Of a stretch of 64,000 nt of DNA, positions 43,458 through 52,789 are shown one piece after another. The stretch covers positions 15,624 through 79,623 of the forward strand of contig CAWCII010000012.1 of the NCBI GenBank assembly GCA_963795575.1. Reading direction: 5' to 3'. Numbering within the stretch: the first letter of the stretch is position 1; every line of letters begins with the position of its first letter. The position numbers and the translations under genes are program-made. The stretch comes from an uncultured Actinomycetes bacterium (GTDB lineage: Bacteria; Actinomycetota; Actinomycetes; Streptosporangiales; Streptosporangiaceae). Below the pieces are notes generated by a model, which was not told the origin of the DNA, did no database searches, and saw only the letters and a program-made list of their open reading frames with translations.

Positions 43458-45495
43458 ACGGAAGGCCCGGCGGCCGGGCTGGTGAGCAGGCCCCGGTCGG
43501 CATGCTCGCCGAGCAGCGCACGGGACAGCTTGGTGAGCAGCTCGGTTACCTCGTCGTTCTGCTCGGGTGACCAGTCGGCGATGAGCTGCTCCAGCAGGTC
43601 ACGCTTGGCGGCGAACAGCCGGTCCGCGGCCGCGTGCCCGGCTCGGTGAGCTGCAGCGCGCCGTTGTCCCTGGTGACCATGCCCGCTCCACCAGCAGGTC
43701 CACGAACGGCCTGCCGTGGTCGACCGTGACGCCGGCCTCCCGGGCCAGCTCCTGCCCGGCGACGTGATCCCGCTTGGCCAGGTGGGTGAGCACCCAGCAG
43801 CTGCCCGCGGGCAGGTCGAGGCCGGACATCTGCGGCCATCCGCTCGTAACCGCGCCGCCGCAGGTCGGTGCCGGACAACTGGACCAGCGCCCGCTCCAGC
43901 TCGCCCGCCGAGGAGCGGTGCGCGGACGGCGGCGCCGAGGCCGTCCGCCACGTCGGCCGGGTTGGCCGCTGCGCCGACCGCCGCCCGCAGCGGCACCTCG
44001 CGCAGGAACCAGGAGAGCACGAAGGCGATCAGCGCCACCGGTATCGCGGCCAGGAACACGGTCTGCATGGACAGCGAGAAGGCGTGCAGCACGTCGCCCC
44101 GCAGCGCCGCAGGCAGCCTGCGGATCAGCATCGGTTTGGCCTGCACCTCGGCCGGGTTGAACCCGGCCGGCAGCCGGACGCCGCGCAACTCGGCGACGAT
44201 CTCGCTGGCCAGCCGGTTGGAGAAGATCGAGCCGAAGATGGCCACGCCGAACGAGCCGCCGATGGACCGGAAGAACGTCGCGCCCGAGGTGGCCGCGCCC
44301 AGGTCGGCGTAGTCGGCCGAGTTCTGCACCGCGATGACGAGCACCTGCAGGATCAGGCCGAGCCCGAGGCCCAGGATCAGGAAGTACAGCCACATGACAG
44401 CGGTCGGCGAGCTCGTTCAGCCGGGACAGCAGGAACATCGCCAGGCTGAGCAGCGCGGTGCCGATGATCGGGAACACCTTGTACCGGCCGCGCCTGCTGA
44501 TCAGCTGTCCGCTGGTGATCGAGGTCACCAGCATGCCGACCACCATCGGCAGCAGGTACACCCCGGAGAGCGTGGCCGACACGCCGCGCACCACCTGCAG
44601 GTACAGCGGCAGGAACGACAGCGCGCCGAACATCGCGAACCCGGCCGCGAACCCGATGGCCGGGCCGATCGGGAACACCGGATCGCGGAACAGCCGCGGC
44701 GGCAGCACCGGCTCGGCCGCGCGGTGCGCCGACCGCCACCAGCCGGCGGCCAGCGCGACTGCGCCGACCCCGAGGCCGATGATCACCCGCGATCCCCAGG
44801 CGTAGGTGGTGCCGCCCCACGAGGTGAGCAGCACGACGCAGGTCGCCGCGCCGCCGAGCAGCACCGTGCCCGGGTAGTCGAGGTGTGGTGCGACTCGGGT
44901 CGAGGTGGCGGGCAGCACCGCCGCGATCACGGCGAGCGCGACCACGCCGATCGGCAGGTTGATGTAGAACACCCAGCGCCAGCTGAGGTTGTCCACGAAG
45001 AAGCCGCCGAGCAGCGGGCCGGCCACGCTGGCCACGCCGAAGACCGCGCCGAATGCCCCCTGGTACTGTCCCCGCTCCCGGGGCGGGACCACGTCGCCGA
45101 CGATGGCCTGGGCGAGCACCATGAGCCCCCCGCCGCCCAGTCCCTGCAGCGCGCGGAAGGCGATCAGCATGTTCATGTCCTGCGCCAGCCCGCACAGCGC
45201 GGAGCCGGCGAGGAAGATCACGATCGCCGCCTGGAACAGCCCCTTGCGGCCGTACTGGTCGCCGAGCTTGCCCCACAGCGGGGTGCCCACCGTGCTGGCC
45301 AGCAGGTACGCGGTGACCACCCAGGACAGCCGGTTCAGCCCGCCCAGGTCGCCGACGATCGTGGGCAGCGCGGTGGACACGATCGTCTGGTCGAGCGCGG
45401 CCAGCAGGATCGCCAGCATCAGCGCGCGTAGATGACGAACAGGCTGCGACCCTGCTGCACGGCTGAGCCGGCGCGGGCGGCGCGTCCGTCGTCAT
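43445..45495 (-). pseudogene. DHA2-family (14-TM) MFS efflux pump with C-terminal MarR-like winged-helix domain, frame hops
   Basis: ORF 43599..45419 ([19 protein letters not shown]...[10 protein letters not shown]...). ORF 43445..44395 covers the late TMs. The tail is reconstructed from three frames: [46 protein letters not shown] / [16 protein letters not shown] / [26 protein letters not shown]. Confidence 0.75.
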
Positions 45496-45559
45496 GCTGG
45501 TAATCCTGGCACCCGGGCCGGGCAGCGTACAGCAGGGCTCCGGGAACCCGGTGGGCCGG

Positions 45560-46610
45560 TCAGTCCGCCATCTGCTGGCACATCCAGGCCAGTGACATCG
45601 GGTACCGGTAGTCGATGGCCATGTGGGTGGCCTCGAACAGCTCGAAGCGGATGATGTCTTCCTTCACCCCGGCCTCGAGCAGCGCGTCCCGGAAGGCCGA
45701 GGCGCCGAGGTCGAGGAACCACTCGTCCCTGGTGCCGGCGTTGATCCATATCGCCCGCAGGGAGCGCAGCGCGTCGGCGTGGTCCGGCACCATCCGCACC
45801 GGGTCCCAGTCGAGCCAGCGCTGCCAGACGTCCGGCCGCAGCACCCCCGTCTTCGGGTCGAACGGCAGGTCCACCGTGCCGTCCTCGCGCGCGGAGAAGC
45901 AGGCGGCCACGCCCAGCGTCATCAGCAGTATGTGGTCCTCCTCCTTGGTGAAGGAGATCCGGGCGGTGAAATCCGCCCACCAGCGCCAGATGTCGCCGTC
46001 GTAACCGCGCAGGTGCCGCACCGCCTTGCCCATCTCCGGGATGTAGCACATCTCGTACAGCGAGTCGCCGGCGTGCGTGGCCAGCACGCCGAACAGGTCG
46101 GGCCGCAGCATCGGCGTGATCATGGCGCCGAACCCGCCGCTGGACTTGCCCATGATCGCCCGGTGTGCCGCGTCGGGCCGGGTGCGGTACCGGGCATCGA
46201 CCCACGGCACCACCTCGTCGCACAGGTAGGAGTGGTACTTCCCGGTGCCCGGCGAGTTCGACGAACTGGCTGCCGCCGTAGGCGGTCCAGGCGTCCACGT
46301 AGACGACGATCGCGGGCGGCGCCTCGCCGCGGGCGAACATGGCGTCCGCGGTCTCCGGGAACGGCTGCCGGTAGGCACTGCGGTTCGCCCACATGGCGAC
46401 GTGGCCGGTATAGCCCTGGATCACGTAGACGGACGGGTAGCGCCGGCCGGGATCCTCGTCGTATCCCGGCGGCAGGTACACCCACAGCGGCCGCTCGCAG
46501 GGGTCACCGAGCGGGTTCCCCCGCAGCAGCTCGCTGCTGATGACGTGCTCGTCCACCGCCCGGCGAATTCGGCGGACCAGGGCAGCATGATGCCTCCATC
46601 GGTTGCTCAT
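45560..46610 (-). pseudogene. putative esterase (alpha/beta hydrolase, enterochelin-esterase-like), one frame hop near 46260
   Basis: ORF 45492..46610 gives the N-terminus (LWVYLPPGYDEDPGRRYPSVYVIQGYTG). ORF 45560..46378 gives the rest (AIMGKSSGGFGAMI). Confidence 0.7.
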
Positions 46611-46680
46611 CGGTGGCCCCAGTGTGGCAGGACCGCGGGGCCGCCTCCATTCTTATTCCGAACGGGATCGCGCCGGGCCC

Positions 46681-48116
46681 TCACGCACCGGGATCGGCCA
46701 CCCGGGCCAGGAACAGCGGCTCCCCGGTCGCAGTGCCGCGGACGAGCATCAGGAAGGGGCGGTCGAACGCGATCTCGCGGCCAATCGCCACCTGCACGTC
46801 CGCGGGCATCATGCCGGCGGCGGTGGCTGCGCTGCCGACCGTGCCCTTCTCCCCCACCTGCAGCGTGGCCGCGTGCTGGACCAGCGAGATGCAGCAGGCC
46901 GCGGGCGACATCGCGGTGAAGTCGGCGCCGGAGGAGAACGCGATGGCCATGCCGAGCCGGGCGAGCAGGCCGTTCATCTCCTGGTGCGAGGCGAGAGTCA
47001 CCCTGGGCAGCGCGATGCCGGCCAGGGCAGCCGTGATGCCCGGCTCCCCCGCGTCGCGCGGGCGGCTGCGGACGGCACGGGCGGCACCTTCCCCGGCCCG
47101 GCGCCGTCAAGCTCTCCGGTGATCTTGCTCAGGACGGGCGGGCCCGGCACCTGGCAGCCGGAGGAACCCGGGCCGGCGGCAGCAGCGCGGTCATCGCCAG
47201 CCGGCCGCCCCGGTACGGCAGCGCGACCGCCGTCCAGCCGTCCGAGGTCGCGTAGCGGTAGCCGCTGCCGTGCATGAACCTCGCCGTGGCCGTGCCGCCG
47301 GCTGCCGTCCGGAACGGGCCGGGGCCGGTACGGCCCGGGGAGAACGGCGTGGCCCAGGCCGCGTCCAGGTACAGGGCGTCGGCCAGCACCCAGTCATCGC
47401 CGGCCAGCACGCCCGGCGGCAGCAGGCTGGGGATATGGCCCCTGGTGTCGCGGTCGATCGCCGCGTTGATGATCTGCCCTGCCCTCACCGGATCCGCCGG
47501 CAGCGGCACCCGTGCCGGGCCGCGCGTAGGCGGCGGCCACGGCCGCCAGGTAGCTGCGCAGGAACCGCGAGGACGAGCCAGGCCCAGACCCGGTTGCTGC
47601 CGTCGACCGTGACGCCCGGGCCGTCCAGCCGGCCGAGCGCCGACTGCCGCGCCCGCAGTCCGGCCTCCAGCCGGCGGCCGCCGGCGACCGGCAGGTGCAG
47701 CACCCGGGCCATGGCCGCGGCGGTCGCGCCGCGGGCGCCGAGGTAGGCCAGGCCGAGCCCGGAGGCCAGGCTGGCCGGCGAGAACACGATGTTGGACCGC
47801 GGCTGGCTCCGGCACCAGGCGCGCAGCAGGTCCAGGCCGAACGCGGTGTCCGCCGCTCCGAACGGCCGGGCGCTGGCCGCGGTGGACGACCCGAGCCTGC
47901 TCCGGCGGACCGCGACGGCGGCCCCGTCGTGCCCCGGCTGGCGGCGGCAGGCCCGGTCGTGCCCCGGCTGGCGGCGCAGGCCCGGTCGTGCCCCGGCTGG
48001 CAGCAGCCGGTCGTGCCCCGGCTGGCGGGCGGCTGCGCCGCGCGGGCGGCCCCGCACCCGGCCGCCAGCGCAGCGACCGCGGCCACCGCCGCGGCCATTG
48101 CGCGTGGTTTCTTCAT
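46681..48116 (-). pseudogene. serpin family protein with lipoprotein signal and repeat linker, many frame hops
   Basis: Lipobox: MKKPRAMAAAVAAVAALAAGCG. Serpin blocks: NIVFSPASLASGLGLAYLGARGATAAAMARVLH, INAAIDRDTRGHIPSLLPPG, LADALYLDAAWATPF, ATLQVGEKGTVGSAATAAGM (RCL-like), AFDRPFLMLVRGTATGEPLFLARVADP. Confidence 0.8.
47925..48030. repeat. ~30-bp tandem repeat (units 30/29/25 nt plus a 4th, partial copy) in the serpin linker
   Basis: GTCGTGCCCCGGCTGGCGGCG(G)CAGGCCCG-type units start at 47925, 47955, 47984 and 48009. The unequal lengths produce frame breaks. Confidence 0.8.
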
Positions 48117-48160
48117 GCCGGTGAGACGTTGGCGGCACATCCGCGGTTGCATCACTTTGC

Positions 48161-48174
48161 TAAGGCTGGCCTTA
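48161..48174. promoter_or_regulatory. perfect palindrome TAAGGC-TG-GCCTTA in the serpin / marR divergent spacer, candidate MarR operator
   Basis: Read directly. It lies 19 nt upstream of the marR ATG (48193) and 45 nt upstream of the serpin ATG (48116). Confidence 0.35.
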
Positions 48175-48192
48175 TCAGGTTAGCCTGAAGGA

Positions 48193-48788
48193 ATGACCGT
48201 GGACGGTGGCGCCGTGGACGCCGGGACCGCGGACGCCGGGACCCCGGACGGTGGCGCCGTGAATGCCGGGACCGCGGACGCCGGGATCCGGATGGTGGCG
48301 CCGTGAATGCCGGGACCGCGGAGGGTGGCGCCCTGGATGCCGGGACCGCGGACGGGGGGACCGTGGACGCCGGCGAGGTGGCCGGGGCGCTCCGGGTGAG
48401 CATCGGCCTGCTGCTGCGGCGGCTGCGCCAGGTGCAGCCCCAGGGCGAGCTCACGCTGCCGGAGAGCTCGGCGCTGCTGCGCCTGGACCGCGGCGGCCCG
48501 GCCGCCGCGAGCGAGCTGGCCCGGCTGGAGCAGATCAGCCCGCAGTCGATGGGGGCGACCCTCGGCGTGCTGGAAGCGCGCGGCCTGATCGAGCGGCGCC
48601 CGGATCCGCGGGACGGCCGGCGGGTCGTGCTGTCGGTCACCGACGCCGGGCAGCAGGCGCTGCGGGACAAGCGGAACGCGCGGACCGAGCGGCTGGCGCA
48701 GGCCCTGTCGGCCGGGTTCACCGCCGCGGAGCTCAGGCAGCTTCTGGCCGCGGCGCCGCTGCTCGAGCGGCTGGCGCAGAACATCTGA
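48193..48788 (+). pseudogene. MarR family transcriptional regulator with repetitive N-terminal extension (frame hop inside the repeats; core ORF 48303..48788 intact)
   Basis: Core: LRVSIGLLLRRLRQ...LPESSALLRLDRGGPAAASELARLEQISPQSMGATLGVLEARGLIERRPDPRDGRRVVLSVTDAG. ATG 48193 with a GAAGGA RBS opens the GGAV[DN]AGTA[DE] repeats. Confidence 0.8.
48205..48375. repeat. tandem repeat (units 45/44/30 nt plus a longer last unit) encoding GGAV(D/N)AGTA(D/E)... at the marR 5' end
   Basis: GGTGGCGCC(G/C)TG(G/A)A(C/T)GCCGGGACCGCGGA... units start at 48205, 48250, 48294 and 48324. Confidence 0.8.
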
Positions 48789-48858
48789 TGCCGTCGGCCG
48801 GACAGGACCGGGAAGACGGCCGGCCCGCGGCCCGGCGGCCGGCGACCGCTACAAGTGG

Positions 48859-50541
48859 GTGGCGCTGTCGAACACGACCGCGGCCGTGTTCATGTCCGCG
48901 CTGGACGGGTCGATCGTCATCATCGCGCTGCCGGCCATCTTCCGGGGCATCCACCTCGACCCGCTGGCGCCGGGCAACGTCGTCTACCTGCTGTGGATGA
49001 TCATGGGGTACCGGCTCGTCCAGGCGGTGCTCGTGGTCAACCTCGGCCGGCTCGGCGACATGTACGGCCGGGTGCGGATCTACAACGCGGGCTTCGCGGT
49101 GTTCACGGCGGCCTCCGTGCTGCTGTCCTTCGACCCGTTCCGCGGCAGCCGCGGAGCGCTGTGGCTGATCGGCTGGCGGGTGCTGCAGGCCCTGGGCGGA
49201 TCCATGCTGACCGCCAACTCGGCCGCCATCCTGACCGACGCGTTCCCCTCCGGCCAGCGCGGGTTCGCGCTGGGCAGCAACCAGGTCGCGGCGATCGCCG
49301 GGCAGTTCATCGGGCTGGTCGCGGGCGGCGTGCTGGCCGCCCTGGACTGGCGGGCCGTGTTCTGGATCAACGTGCCCGTCGGGGTGTTCGGGACGCTGTG
49401 GGCCTACCGCAAGCTCCGGGACACCGGCGAGCGGCACCGCGGGCGCATCGACTGGTGGGGCAACGTCACGTTCGCCGTCGGGCTGAGCGCCATCCTGATC
49501 GGCATCACCAGCGGCATCCAGCCGTACCGGCAGCACGCCATGGGCTGGACCAACCCCGTGGTCGCCGGCCTGCTGGCCGGCGGCGTCGTGCTGCTGACCG
49601 CCTTCGTCGTGATCGAGAGCCGGGTCGCCGAGCCGATGTTCCAGCTCAGCCTGTTCCGCATCCGGGCGTTCACGGCCGGCAACATCGCGGGGCTGGCCGT
49701 GGCCATCGCCCGCGGCGGCCTGCAGTTCATGCTGATCATCTGGCTGCAGGGAGTCTGGCTGCCGCTGCACGGCTACGACTACAGCGCCACGCCGCTGTGG
49801 GCAGGCATCTTCCTGCTGCCGCTCACCGGCGGCATCCTCGTCGCGGGCCCGCTGTCGGGGGCGCTGTCCGACCGGTTCGGCGCCCGCGGCTTCGCCACCG
49901 CCGGGATGGCGGTCTTCGGCGCCAGCTTCGTCGGCCTCATGCTGCTGCCCGTCGATTTTCCCTACTGGGCCTTCGCCCTGCTCACCGCCCTGAACGGGAT
50001 CGGCGGCGGGATGTTCGCCGCGCCCAACTCATCCTCGATCATGGGCAGCGTCCCGCCCCGGTACCGCGGCGTGGCCTCCGGGATGCGCTCGACGTACCAG
50101 AACTCCGGCACGGCGCTGTCGATCGGGGTGTTCTTCTCGCTGATGATCGCCGGGCTGGCGAGCACCCTGCCGCGCACGCTGGCCGACGGGCTGCTGCGCC
50201 AGGGCGTGCCGTCCGCGATCGCCCACCAGGCGGGCGCCCTGCCGCCGGTGTCGTCCCTGTTCGCGGCCGTTCTCGGGGTGAACCCGGTGCAGCACCTGCT
50301 GGCGGCCGGCGGCGTGCTGTCCTCGCTGTCGCCGGCGCACCGGCAGATCCTCACCGGCCGGGAGTTCTTCCCGCACCTGATCTCGGGGCCGTTCCAGCAC
50401 GGCCTGCTGGTGGTGTTTATCGTGTCCGCCGCCCTGTCGGTACTGGCCGGCGCGGCCTCGCTGCTGCGCGGCGGCCGCTACCGTCAGGCAGGAGGAGAGC
50501 ACGCTGATGACCGGGCGCCAGCCATTCGGGACACGCGGTGA
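48859..50541 (+). CDS. DHA2-family MFS efflux transporter (14 TM)
   Basis: Intact 560-aa ORF (FMSALDGSIVIIALPAIFRG..., GRLGDMYGRVRIYNAGF). The true start may be the ATG at 48788, which overlaps the marR stop (TGATG), if one G was lost near 48840. Confidence 0.85.
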   Translation: MALSNTTAAVFMSALDGSIVIIALPAIFRGIHLDPLAPGNVVYLLWMIMGYRLVQAVLVVNLGRLGDMYGRVRIYNAGFAVFTAASVLLSFDPFRGSRGALWLIGWRVLQALGGSMLTANSAAILTDAFPSGQRGFALGSNQVAAIAGQFIGLVAGGVLAALDWRAVFWINVPVGVFGTLWAYRKLRDTGERHRGRIDWWGNVTFAVGLSAILIGITSGIQPYRQHAMGWTNPVVAGLLAGGVVLLTAFVVIESRVAEPMFQLSLFRIRAFTAGNIAGLAVAIARGGLQFMLIIWLQGVWLPLHGYDYSATPLWAGIFLLPLTGGILVAGPLSGALSDRFGARGFATAGMAVFGASFVGLMLLPVDFPYWAFALLTALNGIGGGMFAAPNSSSIMGSVPPRYRGVASGMRSTYQNSGTALSIGVFFSLMIAGLASTLPRTLADGLLRQGVPSAIAHQAGALPPVSSLFAAVLGVNPVQHLLAAGGVLSSLSPAHRQILTGREFFPHLISGPFQHGLLVVFIVSAALSVLAGAASLLRGGRYRQAGGEHADDRAPAIRDTR

Positions 50542-52750
50542 ACGTCACGCCGCGGTCAGGCCGGGCTCTGCGCTGAGCGTGGCGCTGTGCCTGGAGCTGT
50601 TCGACGCGCAGCTGGGCAGCAGGCACCTGGACCTGGCCGCCGGCTGGCTGCGCGAGCGCGGCCGCGGGCTTCTACACGATCGGGTCGTCCGGGCACGAGG
50701 GGAACGCCGCCGTCGCGGCCGCGCTGCGGGTGACCGACCCCGCGCTGCTGCACTACCGGTCCGGCGCGTTCTACCTGACCCGGGCGTGCCAGGCGAGCCC
50801 GTCACCGGATGCCCTGCGCGGCGGCCTGCGGGACGTGCTGCTCGGCCTGGTCGCGGCCGCGGCCGAGCCGATCTCGGGCGGGCGGCACAAGGTGTTCGGC
50901 CGCGCCGAGCTGTCGATCATCCCGCAGACCTCGACCATCGCCTCCCACCTGCCGCGGGCCGTCGGCCTGGCCTTCGCGCTGGACCAGGGCCGGCGGGCGG
51001 ACATCGGGCCGGGCGATGAGCCGTGGCGCGGCTGGCCGGTGCCGCGCTGGCCCGGCGACTCGATCGTGGTGTGCTCGTTCGGCGACGCGTCGGTGAACCA
51101 CTCCACCGCGGCCGGCGCGTTCAACACCGCCGCCTACTGCGCCTACCAGGGCCTGCCGCTGCCGCTGCTGCTGGTCTGCGAGGACAACGGGCTCGGCATC
51201 AGCGTGCGCACGCCGCCGGGCTGGATACGGACGGCGCGGTCGGGCCGGCCGGGCCTGGAGTACTTCCACGCCGACGGCGCCGACCTGGCCGACGTCTACG
51301 ACACCGCGACCGCCGCCGCGGCCTTCGTCCGGCAGCGCCGGGCCCCGGCGTTCCTGCACCTGTCGGTGACCCGGCTCGGCGGGCACGCCGGCTCGGACGC
51401 CGAGGCCGCCTACCGCAGCCCGGCGGAGATCGCCGATGCGGCCGCGCGCGACCCGCTGACCGGCACCGCGCGGCTGCTCGTCGAGGCGGGCGCGGTCACC
51501 TCCGGCGAGGCGCTCGCCCGGCGGGAACGGTCCCGGGAACTCGTGCTCGCGCTGGCCGCCGAGGTGGCGGAAGAGCCGCGGCTGGCCAGCGCCGCCCAGG
51601 TGATGGCGCCGCTGGCGCCCCGGCGGCCGGACGTGGTGGCCGCCCGGGCCGCGGTCGCGGCCACGCCGCCGCAGCGGCAGCTTGCGTTCGCCGGGCGGCT
51701 GCCGGAGCAGGCCGGCCCGCTCACCCTGGCGCAGACGGTCAACGCCGCGCTGGCCGACGCGCTCGCGGCCCGGCCGCAGATGCTGGTGTTCGGTGAGGAC
51801 GTGGCGCGCAAGGGCGGGGTGTACGGGGTGACCCGGGGGCTGCTGCGCCGGTTCGGCGCGGGCCGGGTGTTCGACACCCCGCTGGACGAGCAGGCCATCC
51901 TCGGCCTCGCGCTCGGCGCCGGCCTGACCGGGATGCTGCCGGTACCGGAGATCCAGTACCTGGCCTACCTGCACAACGCGGCCGACCAGATCCGCGGCGA
52001 GGCGGCCACGCTGTCCTGGTTCTCCCGGGGCAGGTTCCGCAACCCGGTCGTGGTGCGGATCGCCGGGCTCGGCTACCAGGAGGGATTCGGCGGGCATTTC
52101 CACAATGACAACGCGGTCGGGGCGCTCCGGGACATCCCCGGCGTGATCATCGCCGTGCCGGCCCATCCGGAGGACGCCGCCGCGATGCTGCGGACCTGCC
52201 TGGCCGCGGCCGAGGCGGACGGCAGCGTCTGCGTGTTCCTCGAGCCGATCGCGCTGTATCACGCCCGGGACGCCGCGGCCGACGGCGACGGCGGCTGGCT
52301 GGCGCCGTACCCGCCGCCCGGGGACTGGGCGGCCGGGCACGTGCCGGCCGGGCGGGCCCGGGTGTACCCGGGGCCGGGCGGCGCGGCCGATCTCTCGATC
52401 ATCACGTTCGGCAACGGGCTGCGGCTGAGCCTGCGGGTGGCGCGGCGGCTGCGCGAGTCGGGACCGGCTGCCGGGTGATGGACCTGCGCTGGCTCGCGCC
52501 GCTGCCGGCCGCCGACATCCTGGCCGAGGCGGCGGTGACCGGCCGGGTGCTCGTCGCCGACGAGACGCGGCGCACCGGCGGCGTGTCCGAGGCGGTGGTC
52601 ACGGCCCTGGCCGACGGCGGGTTCGGCGGCCGGCTGGCCCGGGTGACGAGCGAGGACAGCTTCATCCCGCTCGGCGACGCGGCGGCCACCGTGCTGCTGT
52701 CCGAGCAGGCCATCGAGGCCGCCGCCCGCGACCTGCTGCGGCGCGGCTAG
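50507..52750 (+). pseudogene. fused alpha/beta thiamine-diphosphate-dependent dehydrogenase E1 component, two frame hops (near 50670 and 52470)
   Basis: ORF 50507..51019 gives the N-terminus. ORF 50730..52478 has the alpha-like part (SSGHEGNAAV..., CSFGDASVNHSTAAGAFNTAAY, LLLVCEDNGLGISV) and the beta-like part (VFGEDVARKGGVYGVTRGL...VFDTPLDEQAILGLALG). ORF 52475..52750 gives the C-terminus (MDLRWLAPLP). Confidence 0.75.
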
Positions 52751-52789
52751 AACGCCGCCGGCCCGCCCCGCTGTGCGTAGGCTGCGACC

